Part shown: one piece after another, positions 26,278 to 34,074 of the stretch
Layout: each line of letters starts with the position of its first letter
Position numbering within the stretch: the stretch's first letter is position 1
Virus record (IMG/VR): IMGVR_UViG_3300032053_000004
Location: 32,001 to 96,000 of that record
Reading direction: 5' to 3' (one strand)
DNA: 64,000 nucleotides
Source of the DNA: a virus
Taxonomy: Duplodnaviria > Caudoviricetes
Notes under the pieces: model-generated
Told to the model about the DNA's origin: nothing
What the model saw: the letters and a program-made list of their open reading frames with translations, nothing else
Database searches by the model: none
Position numbers and translations under genes: made by a program

Positions 26278-27480
26278 TTATTCATCTAGAAGGTTTATCA
26301 CTTCTTTATGCAACGCTCCTGTTCCAATTAAGACAACCGGAACGTTGGCTATTTCTTCTACTTTTTCAATGAATTCTCGTGACTCTTTTGAGAGATCATT
26401 GAAAACTTTTCTCCCACCTTTAAGACCTGCATCTTTCCAATTCAAATATTGTACAAAATTTATGCAGATTTTTGTCGCTCCGTTAGTTCTAACGGCATCT
26501 TTCAATCCTATCCATGAAAACGTAGAAACACGTCTAACTCGTTTTGTGACTGTTGTTCGCTCGCGTTCTTCTAAAATTTTTGCTTCAGACTCTGGCATTC
26601 CAGATTGTTTTGCTATTTGACTCCAAGTCAGTTCTTCACAATCCGGGTAAAAGTCTCCTGAGTATCCTTTTTGAACACCGTCCTCATATACGTTCCCAAC
26701 GCGTATAGGGAAAGTTCGCAAATTTAAATAAACGTCCCCCACCATTGAAGGTGGAATCGCCATATAATCCATCGCGGCTTGAAGTGTGCAGTTACGTGAT
26801 GTACATGAAGGATAATGCGACCCGTGATCTATGGATAGAGCGTATCCTTGTGATCCTTCATGGAGCAATGTTGCTCCTTCTTCAATCATTGAATGAACGA
26901 TGTTCCTGAATTCCATCGGTTGAATAATTTTTATTTTTTCAATATCTTCTGGATTTTTTTCAAGAATTTTGTTGATATCTGGATCCGTAGCATTTAAAAA
27001 ATTCACATGATTCGGGAAAGAATCCATTAAACCAACGTCCGGTTTACGAAGAATTTTGTCAGAAATGGCTGTTCCTGACCCCTGCATAGTAGAAGCCACG
27101 TGCTTCGTGGAGTCTTTTCCTTCTCTTTCTCGAGCAGCGTGTTCATTGGTTACAATGCTTGCTCTAGAATGAACATATATGTTTGGTCTTCCTGTTTCAT
27201 CCCATTCTTTTATTAATTGTTTTGGAAACAACCCTGATCCTGGAGATAAGAAACACTCCATACCGAGTCCCATCACTTTTTTAAGAATTGCTGATGTTGG
27301 TATAGCTTTCGATATGAACTTCGTCCCATTTTCGAAAACTGCTGAGTGCCCTGCATTTGGAAAATTAGCTGAAGAAACTTTTGTTACGTTATAATGGTCA
27401 GCTAACCAAGTGGATATTTTCCCTTTTCCAGAACTTCCCCAAGCTTGATCTAAAACTACGTTAAACTTTCCTGTCTTCAT
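26278..27480 (-). CDS. purZ: PurZ-like N6-succino-2-amino-2'-deoxyadenylate synthase (adenylosuccinate synthetase family)
   Basis: DQAWGSSGKG (Ser where PurA has Asp13), PNAGH, EGSQGY.LS..HG..YP.CTSR, RTFPIRVGN, SG..YPD, TTVTK..RR..TFS, INFVQY in place of PurA TKLD. Confidence 0.8.
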   Translation of the reverse strand: MKTGKFNVVLDQAWGSSGKGKISTWLADHYNVTKVSSANFPNAGHSAVFENGTKFISKAIPTSAILKKVMGLGMECFLSPGSGLFPKQLIKEWDETGRPNIYVHSRASIVTNEHAAREREGKDSTKHVASTMQGSGTAISDKILRKPDVGLMDSFPNHVNFLNATDPDINKILEKNPEDIEKIKIIQPMEFRNIVHSMIEEGATLLHEGSQGYALSIDHGSHYPSCTSRNCTLQAAMDYMAIPPSMVGDVYLNLRTFPIRVGNVYEDGVQKGYSGDFYPDCEELTWSQIAKQSGMPESEAKILEERERTTVTKRVRRVSTFSWIGLKDAVRTNGATKICINFVQYLNWKDAGLKGGRKVFNDLSKESREFIEKVEEIANVPVVLIGTGALHKEVINLLDE

Positions 27481-27494
27481 GCTTAACAGTACAC

Positions 27495-28232
27495 TTACGT
27501 TCTTCTTCTAAGAGATTCTTGTTCGATTTTGGAAACTCTGGTTTGCCCGTGATTTTTTGAGATTCTCGCTAAATCAATTTTTTCCGAATATTTGACTATA
27601 CTATATTTACTGTCTTTATTCCCCAATGCTATTAATTTTGCTCCGGATATCTCTTTAGCGGTAAACTCTCTGCCTATTAGTTGAAGTTTTCTTCTTTTGT
27701 TCAATCTATTAGCCCATTTTATCTTTAAGTATCTTCTTATTGCTTTTTCAGACATGAATGATACTTTAATTGTCATATCCGAAGGAATTGTCCTATACAT
27801 TCTTAAGGACATTCGACACCCGAAATCACATGCCAGAGCAAAAGCTTCTTGATAAGAAACGGCTCTTATCAAGACATGTGATAATTTATACTTTTCAGGA
27901 TAAATAGCTCTCCAAATTTTTGTATCTTCAGTGCTTTCAGAAATTAATTTACTTAATGTGTCTTCTCCATAACTTGGGAAAGCTAAACTCATAGAGGCGT
28001 CATAAAGTTGGTCGAATCTTGTTTTCCCGATTTTTAATGCTTTTTGCGGGACGTTTTTTATCAATTCAATTGGTACAGCGTTATTTATTATTAAATCAAC
28101 GATCATATTTTTGAAGTATTCTGTATCTTTTTCTAGTCCGATGTTCTTTTTTAAATATTGTATTACTTCAGATTCTATTTCATGTCTTTTATGTTTTTTC
28201 ATTGTAATGTGTTTCCATGTCAGCTGTAACAA
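27495..28232 (-). CDS. hypothetical basic protein
   Basis: ORF track. Confidence 0.6.
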   Translation of the reverse strand: MLQLTWKHITMKKHKRHEIESEVIQYLKKNIGLEKDTEYFKNMIVDLIINNAVPIELIKNVPQKALKIGKTRFDQLYDASMSLAFPSYGEDTLSKLISESTEDTKIWRAIYPEKYKLSHVLIRAVSYQEAFALACDFGCRMSLRMYRTIPSDMTIKVSFMSEKAIRRYLKIKWANRLNKRRKLQLIGREFTAKEISGAKLIALGNKDSKYSIVKYSEKIDLARISKNHGQTRVSKIEQESLRRRT

Positions 28233-28477
28233 CGTTTTTAATATTTACTGATTTACCGAAGCATATTGAATGGAGAGTTGATGGATTTCCCGTATTGCAA
28301 GAAGGTGAAATAATTGAATTTGATATGAATTTAGTGAATCCTCTTAATATGAAACGTTCTCGTAAGGTTAATGGAAATTATGTCATTTCACGAAAAATTC
28401 TTAAATACTCTACTACAAAACCGATCGGTTTCACCCAATATTTAGAATTGACCCCGAAATTAAATCCGAAAAAGTAA
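28217..28477 (+). CDS. hypothetical protein
   Basis: ORF track. Confidence 0.5.
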   Translation: MSAVTTFLIFTDLPKHIEWRVDGFPVLQEGEIIEFDMNLVNPLNMKRSRKVNGNYVISRKILKYSTTKPIGFTQYLELTPKLNPKK

Positions 28478-28549
28478 TATAATAAAAAACAATTCAAGAT
28501 TAAACTAAATTGTGATTTTTTTGAAAATCCGACGGATGGAGCCACAGGA

Positions 28550-29047
28550 ATGACCAGAGCGAAAATCCTTGCTGCACTTTTAAGGTTACCGCAATGGAGT
28601 TTAGATCATGATACTAATGAAGAAAGAATTGAATTACTAACTCCTGTTGCTGAGGCAATTCATTTAGAAGCTCATTCTGCTGAAGAAGCAGCCGCTTTAA
28701 TCTCTCATAGTTGGAAGGAAACGAAAAATGCTCGTTTAGTTTTAACTGGGCATTGTGACCAAATGCCAAAAGGTCAACAATGTGATGGAGGTAAAGCTCG
28801 CGGGCCCTTTCAAGTACACCGTTGGTGTACTGCTGCTTGGGATTTTCCTGACGGTACTTTAGATAGTTATAGAGGTGGGGCACATTGTGTTTTGAGAGCT
28901 CTTCGTTTCGGTTATATTAATTGCCATACATGGGAAGGAGCTTTTGCTGGTTTGAGGGGTAAAGTGGTTTGTGATTGGGATCGAGCCCCGTCTTACGTTG
29001 AAACTCAAACACTAGTTCTTGTGTGGTGGAGAACCGGTGTCATTTAA
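28550..29047 (+). CDS. lysozyme/SLT-fold-like protein
   Basis: AAALISHSWKET (catalytic-Glu-like helix), CDGGKARGPFQVH; GGAG RBS. Confidence 0.5.
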   Translation: MTRAKILAALLRLPQWSLDHDTNEERIELLTPVAEAIHLEAHSAEEAAALISHSWKETKNARLVLTGHCDQMPKGQQCDGGKARGPFQVHRWCTAAWDFPDGTLDSYRGGAHCVLRALRFGYINCHTWEGAFAGLRGKVVCDWDRAPSYVETQTLVLVWWRTGVI

Positions 29048-29095
29048 ATTTTGCTTTCATTGTTCGTAGATCTTTTATTTATTTTTGTATTGACT

Positions 29096-29128
29096 GGAAG
29101 AGTTGCCTTGTGGTAAGGTAATTCTTCC
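29096..29128 (+). promoter_or_regulatory. 14-bp leader hairpin with two G-U pairs upstream of sigma-like gene
   Basis: GGAAGAGTTGCCTT / AAGGTAATTCTTCC. Confidence 0.45.
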
Positions 29129-29191
29129 AAATCCAACATCGAGTTGGGTCACCCGGTAAGTCGACGAGTCGATCGTCGCATGGAGGCTCCA

Positions 29192-30547
29192 ATGAAATTT
29201 CCTGTATCTATCCCGACGAATCAGTCGTTTCTGAAACAATGGCATAACTGGACTCATGCCCAGGTCGCCAAACATTTCAAGCGTGATAAAGAGAGGGTCC
29301 CTGACACGGTTCAGGGTGTTCGTGTACGTCTTTTAAGTAAAGACTTCATTGGAAGATGGTTTTTTAAACACCTAACTGGCGAATATGTGGATCGCACTCA
29401 GGCTGAGTATATTTTATATTCTGGTTGTCCTGATGACCATAGATTCAAGAATTTGATACGTGAGCAGCTTATCCGTCCAAGAGACGTTCGTAGTTGGCAA
29501 GCTCGCCTTCAACATGATACGGATGCTAAGAATCGCATTCAGTCATATTTGAATGAATCTCAGTCTGGCGGGATTGTTTTTAATGATGCTTTAAAACCTG
29601 TCGAAGGAGATCGAACCGATCCAAATTCAATTTGGAAAATATCTGATATTCTCGAATTTTCCAATTTCAACTATGAAAGATATTACTATTCAATTCAGAA
29701 TCATACTTTAAATACTGCTACGATTCTATATTTTCTCGGTTATGCTCCGAAGAATATGAATTTGCAAGAGGCGAAGAAATGCCCGGAGTGGTGTTTCGAT
29801 CATTTCGGATCTCTTCAGTCTCTTTATCGTCAAGGAAAACTGCTTCCGTCTGAAATGACGGAGCACGAGTGTTCTAAATCTTCTGATTGTCCTATCTGTA
29901 AATCTGGTCGGCTATCCTTAAAACTTAAGAATTTAAGTTTGGCTCATGATTGGAAAGATCCGTCCGTTGCCCACCAAATTCTTAAATTACGCTGGAATGA
30001 TAGTCAACTCAAACCATTTCTTCGTGATTGGAAGAAATCCAATAAAATAAAAACAACCCCATTGTATATTATGAGAGATTCGGCTGTTCAGGGGGTTGAA
30101 GCTGGTCTTTTGAAATACGCTAAGACAGTTATTGATAACGCTGTCAAAAATGATTTTAAACTTTTGTCTAGGAGTGACGATCTTGGTTCCATGGTCATGA
30201 ACGACGGAATTTCTCCAGAGGCCATGGATAGTGATTCCATAGTTTGGGAGAAAGATGAAAATGACGAGTCTAATATGATTAGGACTTTCGTTGATATGCA
30301 GTCTAATGCGGCGTTTTCCAACTTAGAAATCCGTCGTGATATTTCTAGTATAATTCATCTTGCTAATCTCGATGAACAAGAAGTTGATACTATAATTGGT
30401 ATAGATTTGTCAGAGTCTACTGTTCGAATATATGCCGGAAATAATGGACTGAGCATTCAATCTGTCCGAGAAATACGCTCTTCGGCTTTGAGGAAAATTC
30501 GAAAAGTAGTTGGAAATAGTTCAGAAGAGTATATCTCTCTCGAATAA
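29192..30547 (+). CDS. sigma70-like factor with large central insertion
   Basis: N-terminal region-2-like helices (DTVQGVRVRLL), C-terminal region-4-like HTH (GLSIQSVREIRSSALRKIR); GGAGG before ATG 29192. Confidence 0.5.
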   Translation: MKFPVSIPTNQSFLKQWHNWTHAQVAKHFKRDKERVPDTVQGVRVRLLSKDFIGRWFFKHLTGEYVDRTQAEYILYSGCPDDHRFKNLIREQLIRPRDVRSWQARLQHDTDAKNRIQSYLNESQSGGIVFNDALKPVEGDRTDPNSIWKISDILEFSNFNYERYYYSIQNHTLNTATILYFLGYAPKNMNLQEAKKCPEWCFDHFGSLQSLYRQGKLLPSEMTEHECSKSSDCPICKSGRLSLKLKNLSLAHDWKDPSVAHQILKLRWNDSQLKPFLRDWKKSNKIKTTPLYIMRDSAVQGVEAGLLKYAKTVIDNAVKNDFKLLSRSDDLGSMVMNDGISPEAMDSDSIVWEKDENDESNMIRTFVDMQSNAAFSNLEIRRDISSIIHLANLDEQEVDTIIGIDLSESTVRIYAGNNGLSIQSVREIRSSALRKIRKVVGNSSEEYISLE

Positions 30548-30570
30548 ATTTTTAGTGTCAAATAGAGAGT

Positions 30571-31740
30571 ATGGCCCCTATGATCCGTACTCGAATTGCT
30601 GCATCTGTCCGTTTCATATACGCAATGTTTCAGTTATATGCTGCGGTTGAAGATCAATTTGGGAAATCCTTAATAAGTATTTTGAAGAAAAATTATCCGG
30701 ATCAAGAAATTGATATAGAACCGGCTTCTTTAGGCCATAAACTTATGGCAATCGCCCGTAAGCAACTCCAATATAACGACACTGACGCCATGGATGCCAT
30801 TCAGGATTTATTAACATATTTGAGTGTCGGGTCTATGTATGAAACGGATGCTAAAGGTAGAATCACTTATGATGATGACACTGGAGAACCCCTAAAAAGG
30901 ACAACTCCTAAGCCTTGGGACTTTGCTAAAGATTCTCCTACATGGCAAAAAGCTCTAGATAAAATATACACTAATTTACGTACTACTGCCATAAGTCGGT
31001 CTATGGGGAAGACTGTTAAGCAGAAACGAGAAAAACCCATCGATAAAGCTTTTGGGGTTCGTCCGGAGGGCGGCGGGGCTCCGGAGGGCGGCGAAGCTCG
31101 CGTTCCTGATCTTGGAGATAGTAGTCCTTTTGGTGCAGCCTTGGACGACAAAGCCGCCATCAAAGAATTCATGGACTTGATTGATGAGCATATTGATGAT
31201 CTTCGTAATGGTTTAACTCCTGATTCTCGCGCTCTTTTTGATTTAGTTTTCACTGAAGGTGTCGGGTCTTTTGGTTCTGATATTAAAGAAAATATGGGTC
31301 AGGCTTCTGCTCTTAAAGAGAAGTATCCTGACATGTATGCGAAGAATCAGAAACGTTGGTCAGGGTTTGTTGGAGATCTTCGCAAAAGACTCCTTGATGA
31401 AATTTGGAGATATATAGACCGAGAAATGTCATATAGAGATTACCAAAGAATCAAAGAGGCTTTCTTTGGTGAAACTACTCCTTCTGATATTAAAAAACTT
31501 GAGCAGAAAAAGATTCAAGAAAAAGAAGGATATCAATCTGGTATCGATTCTAGGAAGCTCGCTGATTATAAGTGGATGGAACAACAAGGTGTTCTTCCTA
31601 AATCAGAAGAATCTCCATACGAAAGTTTGAAGAAGAAACTCATAAAGCAAAATGTTGATGTTGACTCTATAGAACCTACAAGGCCGAAAGAAGATAAATT
31701 GAAGCGACTCGGAATCCCCGAATCTATAGGAATGATGTAA
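30571..31740 (+). CDS. hypothetical protein, possibly sigma-like, with RIAAS leader
   Basis: DAMDAIQDLL..L and LTPDSRALFDLVF resemble sigma regions 2 and 4; weak. Confidence 0.35.
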   Translation: MAPMIRTRIAASVRFIYAMFQLYAAVEDQFGKSLISILKKNYPDQEIDIEPASLGHKLMAIARKQLQYNDTDAMDAIQDLLTYLSVGSMYETDAKGRITYDDDTGEPLKRTTPKPWDFAKDSPTWQKALDKIYTNLRTTAISRSMGKTVKQKREKPIDKAFGVRPEGGGAPEGGEARVPDLGDSSPFGAALDDKAAIKEFMDLIDEHIDDLRNGLTPDSRALFDLVFTEGVGSFGSDIKENMGQASALKEKYPDMYAKNQKRWSGFVGDLRKRLLDEIWRYIDREMSYRDYQRIKEAFFGETTPSDIKKLEQKKIQEKEGYQSGIDSRKLADYKWMEQQGVLPKSEESPYESLKKKLIKQNVDVDSIEPTRPKEDKLKRLGIPESIGMM

Positions 31741-32087
31741 TGGATGGAACGGTAGCTGGCAACAAAGTTAACGGGACACTTGTTAGACTAGCTACTCTTG
31801 ATCGTGCATTAGAACTGTATCCTAGTTTAATTCTTTTGATTGCTAGGATTCAGCTTCAAGCACCGCGTTTACTTCCTATAACAACAACTCTTTCAGCCAG
31901 TGGAAGAGAGATTTTCATAATCAAAGATCCTTTAAAGATAGAAATAAATTATTGTTTACTGAGTGAGGACTGGGAAAAATGCAAAGCAATAGCTTTAAGC
32001 CTTTTACCATTACCTCTATTTCCATCTGAATCTGATCAGTCTCTTCTTGCTAGAATCCGATCTGAAATCAAAGTAGTTTTCGCCTAG
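31740..32087 (+). CDS. hypothetical protein
   Basis: coupled to upstream stop. Confidence 0.55.
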   Translation: MDGTVAGNKVNGTLVRLATLDRALELYPSLILLIARIQLQAPRLLPITTTLSASGREIFIIKDPLKIEINYCLLSEDWEKCKAIALSLLPLPLFPSESDQSLLARIRSEIKVVFA

Positions 32088-32098
32088 TATAGTTTGTC

Positions 32099-32308
32099 AT
32101 GTCTGACAACCCAATGGTTTCTGCTGAAGGGCACCCGATCAAATTTGCGAAATGCAAACGTGGTTCTGATCGAGCCACCACAGGCCAAGAGTGTGACGGG
32201 AATTTAGCGGAGATTCTTTCCCCTCCTGGTTCTAATATTGTGCACTTCAGATGTCATAAATGTAAACATGCCTGGATCATTCCAGTAGGAGGAACATCTC
32301 CAATATGA
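32099..32308 (+). CDS. small zinc-ribbon protein
   Basis: C..C...FRCHKCKH; TATAGT 5 nt before ATG. Confidence 0.6.
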   Translation: MSDNPMVSAEGHPIKFAKCKRGSDRATTGQECDGNLAEILSPPGSNIVHFRCHKCKHAWIIPVGGTSPI

Positions 32309-32422
32309 ACTTTTTTTGCATGAAAGATAGCTCCTGTCTCGAATCGACAGGAACCGTTAATATACTTAGTTGTCCCGAATGTAATACTAAGTATTCAATA
32401 ACTGTTAGTATAACTGAAATCA

Positions 32423-33208
32423 ATGATGCAAATTCACGGGAATTCCCAACAACAAGAGAAAATCAAATCTCTTTTAATTTCCCCAACTCCTCCGAATCCA
32501 ATAATGATTTGTGGAGCTCAGGGAATAGGTAAATTTTCTTATATAAAACAACTCGTATCAGAAATCAATTCAGATACAGATATTCTCTTTCCCGGTTTAG
32601 ATGTTGACAGCGCGAGAGAATCCGTTAAATTTTCATGTTTAGCTCCCGTATTTAATGATTATAAATTCATAGTCATAAATGACGGTGATTTTTTGAGTCT
32701 TCAGGCTCAGGATGCTTATTTAAAATCCTGTGAAGAATCCCCTGATTGGTCTATTTTCATTTTTATTGCTAGTGATTCGTCTCATATCTCTTCAGCTTTG
32801 TTGAGCCGAATTAGAGAAACTATAAGATGGTCTATTTTATCAAATGAAGAAATGCGAAACTTCATATCTAAAGACGTAAATGAAAACGTCATGGATATTT
32901 GTAGAGGCAGACCTGGGATATATGAAACGATAATAAATAATGAATCTCTACTCTCATTTTCATCAGATGTTTCTGAATTTTTGTCTGATATCCCTAGGTC
33001 TTCAATTATTCCTAGTGCTATTATTGAAGCAAAGAAATCTGATAAAAATTATCGTTCTATAATATCTAGAATATGTTTCCATACTGCATTGAAACTAAAT
33101 CATAATGTAGACCGCGTTTGTTCTGTATTAGATTTTGCATCCAATTTATCTAAATATCCCTCCTTAGATATTGAGTCTTATTGGATTAAAGCAACTTTAA
33201 ATATCTGA
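32423..33208 (+). CDS. holB: DNA polymerase III delta-prime (HolB)-like clamp loader subunit
   Basis: GAQGIGK, AQDAYLKSCEE, ALLSR (SRC-like). Confidence 0.75.
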   Translation: MMQIHGNSQQQEKIKSLLISPTPPNPIMICGAQGIGKFSYIKQLVSEINSDTDILFPGLDVDSARESVKFSCLAPVFNDYKFIVINDGDFLSLQAQDAYLKSCEESPDWSIFIFIASDSSHISSALLSRIRETIRWSILSNEEMRNFISKDVNENVMDICRGRPGIYETIINNESLLSFSSDVSEFLSDIPRSSIIPSAIIEAKKSDKNYRSIISRICFHTALKLNHNVDRVCSVLDFASNLSKYPSLDIESYWIKATLNI

Positions 33209-33231
33209 ACGAATGTAATTTATTTATATTC

Positions 33232-34074
33232 GTGACTGTTTTAGTTATTGAGGGTGATGATGATTTCTTAGTTGAGCGTGCGGCTCGAGAAGAAGCCATA
33301 TCTTATCTTTCAGAAAACGAAAGTTTGGAGTTTTTTCTTCCTGGTGATTCTGATTCTTTTCAAGAGTATTTAAATGTTCCTTCTTTTAAAGAAGAAAGAC
33401 GTTCTGTTGTTATTCACGGAGCAACATTAATCCCTGATATTAAAAATGACGATCTATTGATTTTTACAAAAATTGGACAGAAACTAGACGCAACTAAACA
33501 TAAAATTGTAACAATTCGTTCTCCAAAAAATGAAAACGAAATTCTTCAATGGGTTTTAAGAGAAGGGGAAACGCTCAATATAGATCTAACGCGAGTCGCG
33601 CATGCTCTTTTTGTGAGCTGCGGATCTTGTCTCCGCAAAATCGTCATGGAAATTGAGAAAATTTCAATGATAACTCAAAAAGGAGGCGTTGTTACTCAAG
33701 AAGAAGCGAAATCTGTTTTATGTTTTTCAGCTGATCTTAAACCCATTCAAATGCTTGAAGCCATATTAGAAGGAAATTCTGCTAAAACATTAGCTTATTT
33801 TGACAAATTTGAAGAAAATAATGATATTGGATGGATTTTATCATACATGCATCGTCATGTATCTCAAGCTCTTCAATTTAAAAAGTTCCCAAATTCTAAA
33901 GTCCCATTTTTTGCGAAAGAGCTTTCATTTAAAATGAAATCTTTATCTCGTAGTGTAGACACATTTTGTGAATTAGACGGTCTTTTTCGTTCTGGAAAAC
34001 CGTCAGCTCGTTTAGGTTTGGGGTTTGAACTCGTGAGAATGGCGGAGGATATTAAAAATGTTAAGAGTGGTTGA
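33232..34074 (+). CDS. holA: DNA polymerase III delta (HolA)-like clamp loader subunit
   Basis: VIEGDDDFL, EIEKI, follows holB-like gene. Confidence 0.7.
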   Translation: MTVLVIEGDDDFLVERAAREEAISYLSENESLEFFLPGDSDSFQEYLNVPSFKEERRSVVIHGATLIPDIKNDDLLIFTKIGQKLDATKHKIVTIRSPKNENEILQWVLREGETLNIDLTRVAHALFVSCGSCLRKIVMEIEKISMITQKGGVVTQEEAKSVLCFSADLKPIQMLEAILEGNSAKTLAYFDKFEENNDIGWILSYMHRHVSQALQFKKFPNSKVPFFAKELSFKMKSLSRSVDTFCELDGLFRSGKPSARLGLGFELVRMAEDIKNVKSG

